From the NCBI GenBank assembly GCA_000378905.1, contig KB900551.1, positions 2,026 through 66,025 of the forward strand: a stretch of 64,000 nt of DNA. The letters run 5' to 3'. The first letter of the stretch is position 1. Every line of letters starts with the position of its first letter. This DNA comes from an actinobacterium SCGC AAA028-A23 (lineage in GTDB: Bacteria > Actinomycetota > Actinomycetes > Nanopelagicales > Nanopelagicaceae). This document shows positions 1 to 11,961 of this stretch, one piece after another. Under the pieces are notes generated by a model. It did not search any database. It worked only from the letters and a program-made list of their open reading frames with translations, and was not told where the DNA came from. The translations under genes were made by a program, and so were the position numbers.

Positions 1-1446
1 TATAGTGTTTATCAAAAAATGGTTGTTAGAGGGCGCGAATTTAATGACATCTATGACTTGGTTGGTATTCGTATTCTTGTTGATTCTGTTCGTGATTGTT
101 ATGGCGCGCTTGGTGCTATACACGCACGTTGGAGTCCGGTTCCTGGAAGATTTAAGGATTACATTGCAATGCCAAAATTCAATCTTTATCAATCTCTTCA
201 CACAACTGTAATTGGCCCTAATGGAAAAGCAGTTGAAATTCAGATTAGAACATTTGATATGCATGCCCGGGCTGAATTTGGAATCGCGGCACATTGGAAA
301 TATAAGGCAAAGGGTGCAGAGGTTGGTACCGGACCTGAAGTTATGTGGTTAAAGCAATTGCATGAATGGCAACAGGAAAGTGAAGATGTTGGTGATTTTT
401 TAGAAACATTGCGATATGACCTGCGCACTCCTGAGGTTTTTGTTTTTACACCTAAGGGCAGCGTAATTGCACTTCCGTCTGGATCTACACCAGTTGATTT
501 TGCTTATGCTGTTCACACCGAGGTAGGAAACAAATGCGTTGGTGCCAAGGTCAATGGAAAACTTGTTCCCCTTGAATCTCATCTAGTTAATGGCGATGTT
601 GTTGATATCGTAATTAACAAGAGTATTAATGCTGCGCCAAGCCATGATTGGTTGAATTTCGTTACATCCTCACGGGCAAGATCAAAAATTAAAGCGTGGT
701 TTTCAAAAGAACGTAAAGAAGAAGCAATCGAAGCAGGACAAGAATCAATAGCTCGTCAGATGCGTAAAGCAGGATTGCCTATTCAGAAAATTCTAGGGGG
801 TCATGCATTACTTGAACTAGCTCATGATTTGCGATTTGAAGATATTGAATCTCTATATGAAGCAGTAGGCAACGGACATATTTCAGCACATTCAGTTATT
901 GAAAAGTTGATGGTGCTACTTGGCACAGGGGAGAGTCATCCAGAAAATGACCTAACATCGCTAATTGCACCTGTGAAGAGAAGTCGAAAGAGTGTCACAG
1001 GTATTGATGTTGAAGGCGCAGATGATGTTTTAGTTAAATTAGCCCGTTGTTGCGCTCCGGTTCCGGGAGATGAAATTACTGGATTTATAACTAGGGGAAG
1101 TGGGGTTTCCGTTCACCGAATGGACTGTATAAATATCCTCGATTTGAAGGCTCATCAGGGCGACAGAATGGTGGGAGTGAAATGGAATCTTTCTGCAAAG
1201 AGTACATTCCTGGTTAATATCCAAGTTGAAGCCCTAGATAGAGCTAGATTGTTATCTGATGTAACAAAAGCTTTGTCAGATCAACATGTGAATATTTTAA
1301 GTGCCTCGGTTGTGACCAATAAGGATCAAACAGCTATATCTAAATTCACTTTTGAAATGGCAGATGCTTCTCACTTAGATGCGGTACTAGCTTCTGTACG
1401 TACAATCGAAGGTGTTTACGATGTTGATAGGGTATTCAACAATTAA
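1..1446 (+). CDS. relA: Bifunctional (p)ppGpp synthetase/hydrolase Rel, 5'-truncated by the window edge
   Basis: Frame is open from base 1 (YSVYQKMV...). Synthetase motifs DLVGIR, RFKDYI, YQSLHTTV, EIQIRT, AAHWKYK; TGS (VFTPKG...DFAY); ARCC zinc domain; C-terminal ACT (DRARLL). Confidence 0.97.
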   Translation, partial: YSVYQKMVVRGREFNDIYDLVGIRILVDSVRDCYGALGAIHARWSPVPGRFKDYIAMPKFNLYQSLHTTVIGPNGKAVEIQIRTFDMHARAEFGIAAHWKYKAKGAEVGTGPEVMWLKQLHEWQQESEDVGDFLETLRYDLRTPEVFVFTPKGSVIALPSGSTPVDFAYAVHTEVGNKCVGAKVNGKLVPLESHLVNGDVVDIVINKSINAAPSHDWLNFVTSSRARSKIKAWFSKERKEEAIEAGQESIARQMRKAGLPIQKILGGHALLELAHDLRFEDIESLYEAVGNGHISAHSVIEKLMVLLGTGESHPENDLTSLIAPVKRSRKSVTGIDVEGADDVLVKLARCCAPVPGDEITGFITRGSGVSVHRMDCINILDLKAHQGDRMVGVKWNLSAKSTFLVNIQVEALDRARLLSDVTKALSDQHVNILSASVVTNKDQTAISKFTFEMADASHLDAVLASVRTIEGVYDVDRVFNN

Positions 1447-2750
1447 CTATTGAATTCAGTTAACCCTTTTTGAGCCTGATCTAACCAAACTCTTCGAGCA
1501 GCAGCAGCCTCACGAGCCACCATTGCTTTAGCAGTTTGTCCGGCTGCTTCAGCTTTTGCAGCTTGTTTTTCATAATTTTCAATCGCTTCTGCTAATCCCT
1601 GAACAACCTTATTGGCTTGGGCGATTGCAGTTGGATCTGATTTTCTTTGGAAACTCTGCTCAAGTTCAATAATTTCATTTTCAATTTTCTTGATCTTTGC
1701 ATCAAAAAAAGAGCGTTTCTTGCGGTCAGTCATTCCGATCTTCTGCCATTTAAACATTAAATCATTAAAGTTCTTTCTGGCTGATTTAAAATCAGAGATT
1801 GGCAATAAGGATTCAAATTCACTTATCATCGCTTCGCGCTTTGCCAAGTTTTCAGCCATCGAACCTTTTCGCTTATCCATATCTGCATTCTTAGCTGCAA
1901 AAAAAGTGTCCTGTGCTGCTTTAAATCGGTTCCATAGAACTGTATCGGTAGATTTCTTACCTCGACCAGAAGCCTTCCATTGATCCATCAAAGATTTAAA
2001 CTGCTTAGCAGTGTTCAGCCACTCTTTCGAATTCGCTAGTGATTCAGCTTCCTTTACAATAGTTTCTTTAGTTGAGGCTACCTTTTTCTGTTCGCTATCT
2101 AAATTTGCGAAATGGATGCGGCGTCGCTTATCGAATTTATTTCTAGAGGATGAGAATCTCTTCCATAAAGCTGTATCTACTTTCTTATCTAAGCGAGGTG
2201 CTTTTTTCCATTCATCCAACAAAACCTTAAGCCTTGCGGTAGTGACTTTCCAAGCCACTGACTCAACCAAAGATTCGGCTTCGGCAACAATTTTCTCTTT
2301 AATTGCAGCAGCCTCAATTTTACGAGCCTCACGCTCTGCGTTTTGGGCAGCTTTCTTTGCTTGATAAGCCCCCTCATGCTCAGTAATCAGTGCAGGAATT
2401 TTTTCTAATGAAGCGGCAAGGTTTGCTAAATCTCCAACACCATTAAGCCCTGAGATCTGAGTGCGTAATTTATTAACGGCTTCGTGCGCATCACTTGGCA
2501 CCATCGCCCCTGATCTAATTCGGGCTGCTAAAAGTGCAACTTCTGATGCTGCCATTTCAAATTTTTTAACAAAGTAAGCCAAAGCTTCTTCAGATGTTTT
2601 GCCTGGGTAAGAGCCAACTGCTCGATCACCTTCGGGGGTTATTACATAAACTGTTCCATCTTCGCCAACTCGACCAAATTTAGCGGGATCTCCAATAAGT
2701 GCTGATGCTGCCCCAGTGTTCGAAAGGTTTGGTGTTGCTAAGTTATCCAT
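1443..2750 (-). CDS. DUF349-repeat coiled-coil protein
   Basis: FGRVGEDGTVYV N-terminus and repeated K..IV.EAE.L...W...LW.RF units. Start placed at ATG 2750 because GAAAGG lies just upstream. Usual position next to rel in Actinobacteria. Confidence 0.85.
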   Translation of the reverse strand: MDNLATPNLSNTGAASALIGDPAKFGRVGEDGTVYVITPEGDRAVGSYPGKTSEEALAYFVKKFEMAASEVALLAARIRSGAMVPSDAHEAVNKLRTQISGLNGVGDLANLAASLEKIPALITEHEGAYQAKKAAQNAEREARKIEAAAIKEKIVAEAESLVESVAWKVTTARLKVLLDEWKKAPRLDKKVDTALWKRFSSSRNKFDKRRRIHFANLDSEQKKVASTKETIVKEAESLANSKEWLNTAKQFKSLMDQWKASGRGKKSTDTVLWNRFKAAQDTFFAAKNADMDKRKGSMAENLAKREAMISEFESLLPISDFKSARKNFNDLMFKWQKIGMTDRKKRSFFDAKIKKIENEIIELEQSFQRKSDPTAIAQANKVVQGLAEAIENYEKQAAKAEAAGQTAKAMVAREAAAARRVWLDQAQKGLTEFNS

Positions 2751-2770
2751 TGTCGTTGACCTTTCGTTGC

Positions 2771-2842
2771 GCGATCTCTGCAAAGCAGATCTCGGTATGT
2801 GGGGGCGTAGTAATCAGTTGGCTATTTAAGCCTTTGATTACT
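2771..2842 (-). promoter_or_regulatory. Candidate structured 5' leader (two hairpins) of the DUF349 gene
   Basis: Minus strand: AGUAAUCA-aa-GGCU-uaaau-AGCC-aac-UGAUUACU and CGA-GA-UCUGC-uuu-GCAGA-GA-UCG. A possible -10 (TAGGCT) lies at about 2866-2871. Confidence 0.45.
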
Positions 2843-2927
2843 GGGTTTGGAGCTGGCTAAAAGATAGCCTAAGCACCATCTTTAAGGGAAATTTGAACGC
2901 AAAAAACTGTGGAGAACGGGGTAGGCG

Positions 2928-3620
2928 ATGCTGATCGACCGGGTAGTTGCCCCTTATTTTGAAACCAACTGCTGGATTCTTGCCGCAGGTGAATCAGAAG
3001 AATGCATAATTGTTGACCCGGGAATGGCCAAGCCAAACTTAGTTGATCAGATTGTTAGCAAAGTTAGAGAACATAATTTAAAGCCAGTTGCGGTATTAGT
3101 CACTCATGGACATTTAGATCATACTTTTTCAGTACTTCCACTTACTAAATCGATTCCGATGCGAACATTTATTACCGGTAATGATCGTTTTTTGCTTTCC
3201 AACCCACTTGGCGCATTAGATTCTGGAGGGGTTAGCGAACAATTCTTAAATGCTTTTGGTAGTGAAAACTTTTATGAACCATCAGAAATAGTTGAGGTGC
3301 AGGATTTTTCGACATTTGAATTAGCCGGTTTAGAACTGACCTCCATCTTCGCCCCTGGCCACACCAAGGGTTCTGTGATCTTTACAGTTGATGATCAGCA
3401 TTTGATTTCGGGCGATGTTTTGTTCGCTGGCAGTATCGGCAGAACAGATCTGCCAACAGGATCGGCACTTGATATGCGAAAAACCTTGCGCGAACGAATA
3501 TTAACCCTGCCAGATGGGCTAAATGTCCTGCCTGGGCATGGGGGGCAAACTACAATCGGCATAGAGCGTGTAAGAAATCCTTACTTGCAGAGCGATTTTT
3601 TGGACCAAGGCGGGCGGTGA
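2928..3620 (+). CDS. MBL-fold metallo-hydrolase (glyoxalase II-like)
   Basis: THGHLDH, PGHT.GS, SGDVLF and PGHG motifs; conserved position before hisS. Confidence 0.92.
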   Translation: MLIDRVVAPYFETNCWILAAGESEECIIVDPGMAKPNLVDQIVSKVREHNLKPVAVLVTHGHLDHTFSVLPLTKSIPMRTFITGNDRFLLSNPLGALDSGGVSEQFLNAFGSENFYEPSEIVEVQDFSTFELAGLELTSIFAPGHTKGSVIFTVDDQHLISGDVLFAGSIGRTDLPTGSALDMRKTLRERILTLPDGLNVLPGHGGQTTIGIERVRNPYLQSDFLDQGGR

Positions 3621-3624
3621 AATT

Positions 3625-4887
3625 TTGAGTAAATTTCAAGCGCCTAAAGGAGTTAGCGAATATTTCCCGCCAAACTCAAACCAATTTGAGTATGTAAGAG
3701 ATCAATTATTGAGAACAGCTCGTCTTGCAGGCTATAACCTAATTGAGTTACCAGTTTTTGAAGATACTGAAGTTTTTACCCGCGGAGTTGGTGAATCAAC
3801 CGATGTAGTTAGTAAAGAGATGTATACCTTTGAAGACCGAGGTGGGCGTTCAATCACTCTAAGGCCAGAAGGAACAGCTGGAGTAATGCGTGCGGTAATA
3901 GAACATAACTTAGATAGAGGTCAATTACCGGTAAAACTTTTTTATACCGGTCCATTTTTTCGGGCTGAACGTCCGCAAGCTGGTAGATATCGACAGTTCT
4001 ACCAAGTTGGAATTGAGGCAATCGGCTATACCGATCCAGAAATTGATGTTGAAGTAATTGCCGTAGCAGATTCTGCGTTTAAAGCCTTGGGATTAACCAA
4101 ATACAAATTGAACATAACCTCTTTAGGAGATACAGAAAGTAGACAAGCCCATCGCAAAGATCTAATGAAATATATCGCTGGGCTAGATTTAGATGAGGCT
4201 ACATCAGCGAGGGCTCAGATCAACCCTTTGAGATTATTTGACGACAAACGTGCCGAAATCAAGGAATTGATGGCTAAGGCTCCCTTGTTACTAGATTACT
4301 TAAATAAAGATAGTGTTCAACATTTTGAAGCGGTGAAAAACATTTTGAATGATATTGGAATTAAGTACCAGGTAAATCCTTATATGGTCCGAGGCTTGGA
4401 TTATTACACGGGAACAACTTTCGAATTTGATCATGAGATGCTTGGAGCGCAATCTGGTATCGGTGGCGGAGGCCGCTATGACGGATTGATGAATTCACTA
4501 GGCGGTTCTGATGTGAGTGGAATTGGCTTTGGATTAGGTGTTGATCGAATATTGATGGCATGCCAAGCTGAAGGCTCATTACCCGATAACTTAAATCAAA
4601 TTGAACTATTTATCGCACCAATATCTCATCCTGCTAAAGCTCTTGCTTTCAAATTACTAACCCAACTTCGGATAGCGGGCATTTCATGCGACATGGCATT
4701 TGGCGATAGAGCATTAAAAGGGGCCATGAAAGCAGCTGATAAAAGTGGTGCTAAATATGGACTTGTGATTGGTGATGATGAGATTAATTCCGGCATGGGA
4801 CAGCTGAAATTGATGAGCAGCGGAGAAATTATTTCTAGTAGCCTTACGCCCTCTGAATTAATCAAAAGACTTGGAAAGAATAATTAA
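3625..4887 (+). CDS. hisS: Histidine--tRNA ligase
   Basis: [42 protein letters not shown]; TTG start. Confidence 0.98.
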   Translation: MSKFQAPKGVSEYFPPNSNQFEYVRDQLLRTARLAGYNLIELPVFEDTEVFTRGVGESTDVVSKEMYTFEDRGGRSITLRPEGTAGVMRAVIEHNLDRGQLPVKLFYTGPFFRAERPQAGRYRQFYQVGIEAIGYTDPEIDVEVIAVADSAFKALGLTKYKLNITSLGDTESRQAHRKDLMKYIAGLDLDEATSARAQINPLRLFDDKRAEIKELMAKAPLLLDYLNKDSVQHFEAVKNILNDIGIKYQVNPYMVRGLDYYTGTTFEFDHEMLGAQSGIGGGGRYDGLMNSLGGSDVSGIGFGLGVDRILMACQAEGSLPDNLNQIELFIAPISHPAKALAFKLLTQLRIAGISCDMAFGDRALKGAMKAADKSGAKYGLVIGDDEINSGMGQLKLMSSGEIISSSLTPSELIKRLGKNN

Positions 4888-6638
4888 TGTTAAGAACTCA
4901 TGACGCAGGAGCCTTGAACTCAACCGCAATTGGCAGCAAAGTCGTTTTAGCAGGTTGGGTTGCGCGTCGCCGTGATCACGGTGGAGTTGCATTCATTGAT
5001 TTAAGAGACTCAACCGGGGCAGTTCAAGTTGTAATCAACGATGAAAAAATTGCTGGAGAGTTACGCGCAGAGTGGTGTGTTTTAATACATGGAGAAGTTA
5101 AAGCAAGGCCTGCTGGAAATGAAAACAAAGAGATTCCAACTGGTGAAATCGAAGTGGTGTGTACTTCTTTGGATGTTTTAAGTGAAGCTTCAGCACTACC
5201 ATTTCCGGTAGATAGTGGAGACATTGGCAATATCTCTGAGGAAGTTAGACTTAAATATCGGTACCTTGATTTACGTCGAGAAGGTCCTGCAAAGAATTTA
5301 AGACTTAGATCCAAAGTTACTTCCGCAATCAGAGATGTTATGGATGCTGAAGATTTCCTAGAGATCGAAACGCCATATCTAACTCGTTCAACTCCGGAGG
5401 GAGCGCGAGATTTCCTTGTGCCAGTCAGATTGCAGCCAGGATCTTGGTATGCCCTTCCACAATCTCCACAATTATTTAAGCAGCTTCTAATGGTGGCTGG
5501 AATGGAACGTTATTATCAAATTGCCAGATGTTTTCGAGATGAGGATTTTCGCGCCGATCGCCAACCTGAATTCACCCAGCTAGATATTGAGATTTCATTT
5601 GCAGATCAAGCAGATGTTTTAAAAGTGGCTGAAAAAGTTTTGACTAAGGTATTCGATAAGGTATTGAATTACAAAATTCCAACTCCGATTCCTCATATGA
5701 CATATAAAGATGCAATGACTGACTATGGTTCTGATAAACCTGATTTAAGATTTGAAAATAGAATTAAAGATGTAACTGAATTCTTCAAGGAGACAACCTT
5801 TAGAGTATTTCAAGCAGAGTATGTCGGGGCAGTGGTTATGCCAGGAGGTGCTAGTTCACCTCGAAGAGAGCTAGACGCTTGGCAAGATTGGGCTAAAGCA
5901 AGAGGTGCTAAAGGCCTTGCCTATATTTTGGTAGGCGATGATGGAACATTGAGTGGCCCAGTTGCAAAGAATCTTTCTGAAAAGGAAAGCACTCAAATAG
6001 CATCATTTGTCGGGGCAAGAAATGGTGATGCGATATTTTTTGCAGCCGGTAATAGATCTTCTTCACAAAACTTACTGGGTGCTGTCAGGTTAGAAATCGG
6101 TAAACGTTGTAGTTTAATTGATGATAAAGCTTGGAAGTTTGTATGGATCGTGGATGCCCCAATGTTTGAGCCGGTAGATGCTGAGAATCCTGCTTCTGGT
6201 TGGACGGCAGTTCACCATCCATTTACTGGTCCCAAGCCGGAGTATGCAGATAATTTCGACACTAACCCATCGGATGCATTGGCTTATGCCTATGACATAG
6301 TTTTAAATGGAAATGAAATTGGCGGAGGATCTATTCGTATTCATAAGCGGGAGATGCAGCAAAGAGTTTTCAAAACAATCGGACTATCTCAACAAGAGGC
6401 TGAAAGTAAGTTTGGATTCCTTCTAGAAGCATTTAATTATGGACCACCTCCTCATGGCGGAATCGCCTTAGGTTTGGATCGTTTATGTGCATTGCTTGCT
6501 GGTGCTGAATCGATTCGAGAAGTGATTGCATTTCCTAAAACTGCCAGCGGCGGAGATCCTTTGACTGGCGCACCAACTCCAATTACCCCTGCACAGCGGA
6601 AAGAGTCTGGGGTCGATACTCCAGCTCCTGCCAAGTAG
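4887..6638 (+). CDS. aspS: Aspartate--tRNA ligase (probably non-discriminating Asp/Asn type)
   Basis: [58 protein letters not shown]. Confidence 0.98.
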   Translation: MLRTHDAGALNSTAIGSKVVLAGWVARRRDHGGVAFIDLRDSTGAVQVVINDEKIAGELRAEWCVLIHGEVKARPAGNENKEIPTGEIEVVCTSLDVLSEASALPFPVDSGDIGNISEEVRLKYRYLDLRREGPAKNLRLRSKVTSAIRDVMDAEDFLEIETPYLTRSTPEGARDFLVPVRLQPGSWYALPQSPQLFKQLLMVAGMERYYQIARCFRDEDFRADRQPEFTQLDIEISFADQADVLKVAEKVLTKVFDKVLNYKIPTPIPHMTYKDAMTDYGSDKPDLRFENRIKDVTEFFKETTFRVFQAEYVGAVVMPGGASSPRRELDAWQDWAKARGAKGLAYILVGDDGTLSGPVAKNLSEKESTQIASFVGARNGDAIFFAAGNRSSSQNLLGAVRLEIGKRCSLIDDKAWKFVWIVDAPMFEPVDAENPASGWTAVHHPFTGPKPEYADNFDTNPSDALAYAYDIVLNGNEIGGGSIRIHKREMQQRVFKTIGLSQQEAESKFGFLLEAFNYGPPPHGGIALGLDRLCALLAGAESIREVIAFPKTASGGDPLTGAPTPITPAQRKESGVDTPAPAK

Positions 6639-6667
6639 TTACCTGCTTTTCAGGTATTCTTCCCAAC

Positions 6668-6979
6668 ATGGGCCCAGGTGGAATAGCAACAATAATTGCA
6701 GCATCATCGCTAGCGGTGATAGCGGTGGCTATCGCCTATACGGTCATCCGTGCATCTAGATTGATTGATGAGATCACCAAAACTATTGCAATGATTAATG
6801 GCCCGCTGAAAAGCTTAAGCAATGCTGGTAAATCTATTGAGAACCTTACTAAAAAAGTTTCTGGTGCAACTGAATCATTTCTAGATGAGAACCCAATGGC
6901 TATGAAGGCCGCCGCTGCAATATTTACTGCTGCAAAGCTTAAGAAAAAGGGTAAGAAAAAAAGTAAAGCGAAAGCGTAG
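6668..6979 (+). CDS. DUF948-like small membrane protein
   Basis: N-terminal TM segment (GGIATIIAA...), helical middle and Lys-rich tail; directly before alaS as in other Actinobacteria; TATTCT 7 nt before the ATG. Confidence 0.7.
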   Translation: MGPGGIATIIAASSLAVIAVAIAYTVIRASRLIDEITKTIAMINGPLKSLSNAGKSIENLTKKVSGATESFLDENPMAMKAAAAIFTAAKLKKKGKKKSKAKA

Positions 6980-6981
6980 CC

Positions 6982-9666
6982 ATGAATTCTGCCGATATAC
7001 GTTCTCGATGGCTGAAGTATTTTGAATCAGAAAACTCTTTGGATTTACCACATACATTTGTTCCATCAGCCTCACTGATTGCTGATGATCCAAATTTACT
7101 TCTTGTAAATGCAGGCATGGTTCCCTTCAAGCCATACTTTTTAGGTGAGGTTAAAGCACCGTATAAGCGGGCAACTTCGGTTCAAAAATGCGTTAGAACT
7201 TTAGATATTGATGAGGTAGGTAAAACCACAAGACATGCTTCCTTTTTTCAAATGTGTGGAAATTTCTCTTTTGGTGACTACTTTAAAGAGGGAGCCATAT
7301 CTTTAGCCTGGGAACTACTTACGAAATCAACTTCTGATGGTGGATATGGTTTTAGTGAAGACAAACTTTGGGTAACGGTTTATCAAGATGATGATGAAGC
7401 TGCTGATATATGGGAGAAGCAAGTAGGAGTACCAAAGAATCGTATCCAGCGGAGAGGGATGGCAGATAATTTTTGGTCGATGGGTGTGCCAGGTCCATGC
7501 GGACCTTGTTCTGAAATTTATTTTGATCGTGGAAGTGCTTATGGCAAAGAGGGCGGACCCATCGCTGATGAGGACAGATATTTAGAAATCTGGAACTTGG
7601 TTTTCATGCAAAATATTAGAGGTGAGGGCGGAGATAAGAACGCCTTCCCAATCGTGGGTGAACTTCCAGCGAAAAATATCGATACCGGACTTGGATTGGA
7701 GCGAACCGCAGCATTGCTCCAAGGAGTTGAAAACATCTATGAGATTGATACAACTCGAATTATTCTTGATAAAGCCTCTGAACTAACTAAAGTTAAATAC
7801 GGTAAAGATATCAAGAGTGATGTTTCTTTAAGAGTTGTTGCCGACCACGCACGAACTGCCATGATGTTGATTGGCGATGGTGTTACTCCCGGTAACGAGG
7901 GTCGAGGATACGTTCTAAGAAGAATGATGCGTCGAACCATAAGAAATATGCGATTACTTGGGTCACAAGATTTAATAATGTCAGAGTTGATTAAAAGTTC
8001 AATTCAAGCGATGGGGCCACAGTATCCAGAACTAGTTTCAGGTTCAGAACGAATTTTATCTATTGCCCAGTCTGAAGAGGAAAGTTTTATCCAAACCCTG
8101 AAAAGTGGAACAAGTATTTTTGATATCGCAGCTACTGATTTGAAAAAAGTTCAATCAACTTCGCTATCGGCTGATACAGTTTTCAAACTGCACGATACTT
8201 ATGGTTTTCCATTTGATTTGACTTTGGAAATGGCGAAAGAGCAAGGCCTTGGTGTTGACGAATCTGGCTTTAGAAAACTAATGAATGAGCAGCGGGATCG
8301 CGCAAAGGCTGATGCAAAAGCCAAGAAGAGTGGCCATACTGATTTAACTGAATATCGCAGCGTGATTGATAAGTTTGGTTCAAGCAAATTTGTGGGCTAT
8401 AAGGAAACTTCCAGTGAAGGAAAAATCACGGCGTTGTTAATTGATGGCGCGCAAATTGGGGAAGCTAATGTTGGTACAGATGTAGAGATTTGTTTGAATC
8501 AGTCACCTTTTTATGCAGAAGGTGGAGGGCAATTAGCAGACAATGGAACGATTAAATTAGGAAATGGCGCACTTATAAAAGTAGATGATGTTCAGTCTCC
8601 TGTACCTGGCTTAATTGTTCATAGGGGAACAGTGATTAGCGGAACTGTAAAAAATGGTGAGCAAGTTCTTGCAGAAATTGATCTAGACAGACGCCTTGCA
8701 ATATCTCGAGCCCATACTGCAACTCATATGGTTCATAAAGCATTCCGCGAAGCACTTGGAGAAACAGCCACTCAAGCTGGATCGGAAAATGCTCCAGGAA
8801 GGTTTAGATTTGATTTCCCATCCACATCAGCAGTTCCTGATTCGGTACTAAATGATGTTGAAAGCAGGGTCAACGAACTTCTGATTGCCGATTTACAAGT
8901 TCATTCCGAAGTTATGTCACAAGAGGCGGCAAAATCAATTGGTGCGATGGCTTTGTTTGGAGAGAAGTACGGAGACCAGGTAAGAGTTGTAAGTGTTGGT
9001 GATTGGGCGAAGGAATTATGTGGTGGCACGCATGTGGATCGATCTGGACAATTAGGTGTAGTAAAGCTTTTATCAGAATCATCAATTGGTGCCGGTGTTA
9101 GGCGCGTGGAGGCGCTTGTGGGTATTGATGCATATCAGTATTTAGCGCGTGAGCATTTATTACTGAACTCTTTAACGGAAATCATAAAAGGAACCAGGGC
9201 TGAAGAGCTACCACAGAGAATCTCTGAATTAGTCGAAAAAATGAAGTTAATGGAAAAAGAGTTGTCAGTAGTTCGAACTGAAAAAGCTTTAGCCTCAGCT
9301 GCTGTTCTAACTAACAATGCAAAGAATCTGGGTCAGATTAATCTCATTATTGAGCAATTGGCTGCTGAAATTTCAATGGAAGATATGCGAACCATTGCGT
9401 TAGATCTTAAGAATCGAACTAAAAATTCAGTAGTGGTTCTATCAACCGTATCGGCAAACAAGCCAGTAATCGTTTGCGCGGCATCCAAAGAAGCAAACCA
9501 GTTGGGAATTAAGGCAGGCGAATTAATTAAAATTGGTTCTAATATTCTTGGCGGCGGTGGCGGTGGGAAAGATGATTTTGCTCAAGGTGGTGGTACTGAA
9601 GCAAAATTGATTTCAGAGGCATTTAAAGAAATCCACAAATTAGTTTCTGCAAAAGCGAGTAAATAA
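6982..9666 (+). CDS. alaS: Alanine--tRNA ligase
   Basis: [37 protein letters not shown] and ELCGGTH editing motifs, GGGGG C-terminus. Confidence 0.99.
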   Translation: MNSADIRSRWLKYFESENSLDLPHTFVPSASLIADDPNLLLVNAGMVPFKPYFLGEVKAPYKRATSVQKCVRTLDIDEVGKTTRHASFFQMCGNFSFGDYFKEGAISLAWELLTKSTSDGGYGFSEDKLWVTVYQDDDEAADIWEKQVGVPKNRIQRRGMADNFWSMGVPGPCGPCSEIYFDRGSAYGKEGGPIADEDRYLEIWNLVFMQNIRGEGGDKNAFPIVGELPAKNIDTGLGLERTAALLQGVENIYEIDTTRIILDKASELTKVKYGKDIKSDVSLRVVADHARTAMMLIGDGVTPGNEGRGYVLRRMMRRTIRNMRLLGSQDLIMSELIKSSIQAMGPQYPELVSGSERILSIAQSEEESFIQTLKSGTSIFDIAATDLKKVQSTSLSADTVFKLHDTYGFPFDLTLEMAKEQGLGVDESGFRKLMNEQRDRAKADAKAKKSGHTDLTEYRSVIDKFGSSKFVGYKETSSEGKITALLIDGAQIGEANVGTDVEICLNQSPFYAEGGGQLADNGTIKLGNGALIKVDDVQSPVPGLIVHRGTVISGTVKNGEQVLAEIDLDRRLAISRAHTATHMVHKAFREALGETATQAGSENAPGRFRFDFPSTSAVPDSVLNDVESRVNELLIADLQVHSEVMSQEAAKSIGAMALFGEKYGDQVRVVSVGDWAKELCGGTHVDRSGQLGVVKLLSESSIGAGVRRVEALVGIDAYQYLAREHLLLNSLTEIIKGTRAEELPQRISELVEKMKLMEKELSVVRTEKALASAAVLTNNAKNLGQINLIIEQLAAEISMEDMRTIALDLKNRTKNSVVVLSTVSANKPVIVCAASKEANQLGIKAGELIKIGSNILGGGGGGKDDFAQGGGTEAKLISEAFKEIHKLVSAKASK

Positions 9667-9677
9667 CCTGGTGGGTA

Positions 9678-10130
9678 ATGATTAATTCCCTAAAGGTTGG
9701 CCGCAGAATCGCCTTTGATTATGGTGAAAAGCGAATAGGTGTTGCAACATCAGATGAACAAACTATTTTGGTTTCACCTCATGCAACCATTGTCAATGAT
9801 GAGCAGATCCTAGCCAAGCTAACAGATATTTTTAGTGATGTAAATCCGATTTATGTAGTTGTTGGAGATCCAAAGCATCTATCTGGAGAGGTTAGTCAGA
9901 AGTCTATTCAAGCATTGGCTTTTGCAGATTTGATTAAAAAAATCTTTCATGGACCAATTTACTTAGTAGATGAAAGATTAAGTACTTCTTCGGCTTTATC
10001 TCAAATGCGCTCTATTGGACGGAAAGACAAAGATAGCAAAGCAATAATTGATCAAATCGCAGCAGTTAATATCCTCGAATCTGCAATCAATAACGAGAGA
10101 TCTGGGAACAAAATAGGGGCGCAAATTTGA
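9678..10130 (+). CDS. ruvX: YqgF/RuvX RNase H-fold nuclease
   Basis: FDYGEKRIGVA, VDERLS, IDQIAA; alaS-ruvX-mltG synteny. Confidence 0.92.
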   Translation: MINSLKVGRRIAFDYGEKRIGVATSDEQTILVSPHATIVNDEQILAKLTDIFSDVNPIYVVVGDPKHLSGEVSQKSIQALAFADLIKKIFHGPIYLVDERLSTSSALSQMRSIGRKDKDSKAIIDQIAAVNILESAINNERSGNKIGAQI

Positions 10131-11122
10131 AGCGATTACTGCTTGGGTTAACAACTTTGGTTCTTGCAACATCCGGCTTGATTTTGGTCCACAACACTTT
10201 TTTGCTTAATGATTTTCGAGCAACGACTTCAAATATCAAAGTTGATGTTCTAGTAGAGCCTGGTGATACGGGTTTTGAAATAGCACGTAAGTTGAAAGAT
10301 TTAGGCGTTATAAAAACAGAAAAAGTGTTTAACAAAATAGCCATTAACAATAAGCAATCGATGTCGATCTCTCCAGGTTTGCATAAGTTAGACCAGGCAA
10401 TTTCGGCTCAATCAGCATTTGAGCAGTTACTTGATTCAAAGCGAAATCAGGGATTGTTCGGCTTTGCTGAAGGCTTGCGTAAAACAGAGATCTTCGACTT
10501 ACTTAAGAAATCGAAATTAGTTACCGGTTCATATTCAGGCAGGACTGTAATTGATCCTATTTATGGAACTTCAAACATTGAAGGTTTTCTTTTCCCAGCG
10601 CAGTACCCTTTATTTCCAGGAACAACCTTTGATGAAGCTATAACTCAAATGGCAAATAGGTTTTATCTGGCGGCTGCTGAGAGTGGCATAACAAAGGGGT
10701 ACAAGACATACTCACCATATGATTTGTTAATAATGGCTTCCATGATTCAGTCTGAGGGGGATGCTGTTGATTTTCCAAAGATTTCGAGGGTAATTCAAAA
10801 TCGCTTAGAAATTGGTATGCCCCTTCAAATAAACGCCACAATTGATTACGCAACAAATACGAGAGGCAAAATTAGATTGCCCTATAAGAAATTGGATATC
10901 AATTCAAAGTACAACACTTATAAGTATCGTGGCTTACCTCCCGGACCTATTAGTAACCCGGGATTTGATGCCATGAAAGCAACAGTTTCCCCAGCCGACG
11001 GCGACTGGCTCTATTACGTTACAGTAAAACCAAATGACACTAGATTTACTCGATCTTTTGAACAATTCAATGTTTGGGCTAACGAATTTAGAAAAAATGA
11101 GGATGCGGGGTTGTTTAAATGA
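10127..11122 (+). CDS. mltG: Endolytic transglycosylase MltG
   Basis: N-terminal TM, EGFLFP, ASMIQSE, YNTY.YRGLPPGPISNPG, WLYYV. Confidence 0.93.
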   Translation: MKRLLLGLTTLVLATSGLILVHNTFLLNDFRATTSNIKVDVLVEPGDTGFEIARKLKDLGVIKTEKVFNKIAINNKQSMSISPGLHKLDQAISAQSAFEQLLDSKRNQGLFGFAEGLRKTEIFDLLKKSKLVTGSYSGRTVIDPIYGTSNIEGFLFPAQYPLFPGTTFDEAITQMANRFYLAAAESGITKGYKTYSPYDLLIMASMIQSEGDAVDFPKISRVIQNRLEIGMPLQINATIDYATNTRGKIRLPYKKLDINSKYNTYKYRGLPPGPISNPGFDAMKATVSPADGDWLYYVTVKPNDTRFTRSFEQFNVWANEFRKNEDAGLFK

Positions 11123-11916
11123 TTAAATTAGGAGTTGCGGGTAGTCCAATTAGTCATTCTTTGTCTCCGGTAATTCATTTAGCAGCATATAAAGAATTGA
11201 AAATAGATGCAGAATTTGATGCCCTTGAGGCAAATGAAAATACATTTAGGGATTTTTATCAAGATGCAAAAAAGAAGAATTTTCGAGGCTTAGCTTTGAC
11301 TATGCCTTTGAAGGAAGTATGTATCGATTATTTGGATTTGGTGGAACCAGTGGCTAGGCAAATAACTTCTGTAAATACGATTGTTTTTAAATCGGGCGGA
11401 GGTAATGGTTTTTCTACTGACTTACTGGCATTCAAAAATTTATTGTCTCCATATTTTGGGAAGGAGATTGCCATTTTGGGGGCTGGCGGAACCGCACGCG
11501 CAGCGTTGGGTGCGTTAAAAGGAACAAATACCAAGGTCAAGATTCTAACTAGATCTAGTTCTCGCCATTCCAAGATGATTGAATCTGCATCAGATACTGA
11601 TATCGCATTTGTTGATTGGAATGATTTTTCATCAATTCAAAACAGTAACTTAATTATTTCTACTACTCCTAAAGGATCTACGGATAACTTTGTAGTAAAT
11701 GAATCCAATGCGGATCTATTTGAGGTGCTCTACCATCCGTGGCCAACAAAGCTTGTAGAAAACTATCAAAGATTAGGTAAGCAGGTAATTGGTGGATTAT
11801 CACTGCTAGTGGAGCAAGCTTTGTTTCAAATTCAGAAATTTTCTGAAGAGGATTTTGATTTTGATGTTATGCGTACTAAATTACTGAAGGTAGCCGAACA
11901 AGCCGCTAACAAGTAA
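11119..11916 (+). CDS. aroE: Shikimate dehydrogenase
   Basis: GSPISHSLSP.IH, TMPLK, VNT, GAGGTAR, YHPWPT. Confidence 0.95.
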   Translation: MIKLGVAGSPISHSLSPVIHLAAYKELKIDAEFDALEANENTFRDFYQDAKKKNFRGLALTMPLKEVCIDYLDLVEPVARQITSVNTIVFKSGGGNGFSTDLLAFKNLLSPYFGKEIAILGAGGTARAALGALKGTNTKVKILTRSSSRHSKMIESASDTDIAFVDWNDFSSIQNSNLIISTTPKGSTDNFVVNESNADLFEVLYHPWPTKLVENYQRLGKQVIGGLSLLVEQALFQIQKFSEEDFDFDVMRTKLLKVAEQAANK

Positions 11917-11961
11917 TCCACACCCTGGATTTAGCTATGGGAGTTTTTAATAAACTCTAGC

